Part shown: positions 62,667-64,000 of the stretch, one piece after another
Layout: the number at the start of each line of letters is the position of its first letter
Position numbering within the stretch: position 1 is the stretch's first letter
Virus record (IMG/VR): IMGVR_UViG_3300045988_116984
From: a virus
Strand: one strand, 5' to 3'
Length of the DNA stretch: 64,000 bases
The notes under the pieces: model-generated
Seen by the model: the letters and a program-made list of their open reading frames with translations, nothing else
What the model was told of the DNA's origin: nothing
Database searches by the model: none
Made by a program: the position numbers and the translations under genes

Positions 62667-63071
62667 ATGATTGCTGATGGGGTTTATCAAAAACCTGATA
62701 TTCCCAAATCAATACAGCAAACAGTATGGGGTTATGTAGCTGATGAAAACAGAATAATTACACACTCTAGGCATCAATCCGATAATATCGTTGAGAATTT
62801 TTTACAGCACAAGAACTGTTTTAAAAGACGATATAACTCAAACGATATTACAAAAGACTTGTTATTAAGAGGTGTAATTACAGAAGTCCATATTGAACAT
62901 GGCATAATAACAAAGGCTGTATTTAGTTGTCCTTATACGGACACAAAAAATCTAGTTGTAGTAATTGGATTTTGGTTTCGTAAGTTCCCTTGCCTGTACT
63001 GTTTAACAGCCTATATCAATTTTAAGTCAGGATATGGGATTTACGGAAGAAAAGAAAAAAGGCGGGGATAA
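62667..63071 (+). CDS. hypothetical protein
   Basis: 134-aa ORF after AAGGAGGG. Confidence 0.6.
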   Translation: MIADGVYQKPDIPKSIQQTVWGYVADENRIITHSRHQSDNIVENFLQHKNCFKRRYNSNDITKDLLLRGVITEVHIEHGIITKAVFSCPYTDTKNLVVVIGFWFRKFPCLYCLTAYINFKSGYGIYGRKEKRRG

Positions 63072-63074
63072 AAA

Positions 63075-63338
63075 GTGATGGCAAAGAAAGAAATTAGAGA
63101 GTTTGAAAAGCCAAAAAGAGTACCATACAGTGAAGTATTGCCTTATAGTGTGGCAAAAGTTGAGTTTGGTGCGAGCAATAATTTTGTAAGAATTATCATT
63201 CGTGGATTTAAAATCGAAAAGAATGGTGATATCTGCATTATGTATTCTTGGCCCACAAGCCCTCGTAAAATCGAAAAGATGTATGACTTGAGTCAGTCAA
63301 TGAATACAGAAATTGAAGTTGTTGGGGTTTATGCTTGA
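63075..63338 (+). CDS. hypothetical protein
   Basis: 87-aa ORF (GTG 63075 or ATG 63078); the stop lies inside the next promoter's -35. Confidence 0.6.
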   Translation: MMAKKEIREFEKPKRVPYSEVLPYSVAKVEFGASNNFVRIIIRGFKIEKNGDICIMYSWPTSPRKIEKMYDLSQSMNTEIEVVGVYA

Positions 63339-63364
63339 CACGATACGGAATGATATGATATAAT
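63335..63364 (+). promoter_or_regulatory. sigma-A-type promoter
   Basis: TTGACA (63335-40), 18 bp, TGaTATAAT. Confidence 0.7.
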
Positions 63365-63388
63365 AATGTCATTGAAAGGAATGATGTT

Positions 63389-63565
63389 ATGTATTATATC
63401 GCTTACAAACATCGTGGAGAAGCAAGGATAAAAGACATTGATTTTTCACACGCTTATTCCATAAAAGAAGAAGCATGGAATCATTACAATGATATGTGTT
63501 ATGATGATTGCGACTTCAAAGTGTGGGATGAATCTACTGGCAAATTTGTACGCAGATGGGACTAG
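63389..63565 (+). CDS. small hypothetical protein (58 aa)
   Basis: GAAAGGA RBS. IAYKHRGEARIKDIDFSHAYSIKEEAW is paralogous to the ORF at 63762. Confidence 0.5.
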   Translation: MYYIAYKHRGEARIKDIDFSHAYSIKEEAWNHYNDMCYDDCDFKVWDESTGKFVRRWD

Positions 63566-63575
63566 CTTAGTTTAA

Positions 63576-63736
63576 TAACCTCTCTTTATTTGGTGCCACT
63601 AGTCTATCTAAACTTATGGCATACCATCACTGCAAACAAAAAACGGTATCTTAGTTCCTTTTATTCGGTATACTCATAAAGCAATAGCGTTGTTTAAGTA
63701 TTGTTTAAATTAGTGGCACCAAATAAAGAGAGGTTA
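63576..63736. repeat. 26-bp perfect inverted repeat enclosing 109 nt
   Basis: TAACCTCTCTTTATTTGGTGCCACTA (63576-601) and its exact reverse complement (63711-36). Confidence 0.8.
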
Positions 63737-63761
63737 AATAAAAGAGAAAGAGGGTAACATA

Positions 63762-63923
63762 ATGTTTCACACAGCATGGAAGAACAAAGACACAGGTATG
63801 ATAGAGGACATCGACTACGAAAATGGGTATTCAACTCTTGAAGAAGCATTTTCTAGAGGCAAAGAAAAAGTCCATGAAAACTGCAAGCTCATAGTGTTGA
63901 AAGTAACAAAAGTTTCTGATTGA
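63762..63923 (+). CDS. small hypothetical protein (53 aa)
   Basis: AGAAAGAGGG RBS. TAWKNKDTGMIEDIDYENGYSTLEEAF is paralogous to the ORF at 63389. Confidence 0.5.
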   Translation: MFHTAWKNKDTGMIEDIDYENGYSTLEEAFSRGKEKVHENCKLIVLKVTKVSD

Positions 63924-63938
63924 TAAGTACCGATTTAC

Positions 63939-63968
63939 TTGACACATAACGAGTTCGTATGGTATAAT
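63939..63968 (+). promoter_or_regulatory. sigma-A-type promoter
   Basis: TTGACA (63939-44), 18 bp, TGgTATAAT. Confidence 0.7.
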
Positions 63969-64000
63969 AATAACATGGGAACAGGTAAAACAAAAAAAAT

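Overview
The window looks like one contiguous piece of a large (over 64 kb), low-GC tailed-phage genome, siphovirus-like because of its 1688-aa tape measure protein. The host is probably an anaerobic Firmicute; that is my inference from sigma-A-type promoters, GGAGG-type RBSs and a class III RNR. There are three blocks. (1) 1-30.2 kb, + strand: the late module. It holds head-tail and tail proteins, a tyrosine recombinase embedded among them, the tape measure, Dit, Tal, at least five tail-fibre or receptor-binding genes, a holin-like gene and an M23+GH25 endolysin, and it ends at a bidirectional terminator. (2) 30.25-35.74 kb, - strand: a nucleotide-metabolism operon. It encodes dUTPase, two redoxin-fold proteins flanking a free-standing degenerate mini-intein, NrdD split by a group I intron that carries an HNH-AP2 endonuclease, NrdG, and a ferredoxin:thioredoxin-reductase-like protein. 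(3) 36.8-64 kb, + strand: the early and replication region, driven by at least 15 near-consensus TTGACA-17/18-TGnTATAAT promoters. It includes an AAA ATPase split by an ORF-less intron, SSB, a PD-(D/E)XK nuclease, primase-helicase, Pol III alpha, three DNA methyltransferases, UDG, a ThyX-like protein, NADAR, five tRNAs and many unknown ORFs. Blocks 2 and 3 diverge from a roughly 1-kb AT-rich quasi-palindrome with iterons, which is probably the origin. The items I consider most worth follow-up are: (a) a start-less, inverted alternative C-terminal cassette directly behind the Tal/anti-receptor gene, a candidate invertible host-range switch; (b) a C7 tract that breaks one of two tandem receptor-binding paralogues; (c) the stand-alone Hint (mini-intein) ORF; (d) a roughly 300-nt GC-enriched non-coding stretch inside the tRNA cluster; (e) two tRNAs with non-canonical anticodon loops; (f) a ThyX-like gene with no RHR motif and no usable start; (g) two large paralogous early proteins of unknown family. 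All family assignments come from motif recognition by eye. No database search was run.
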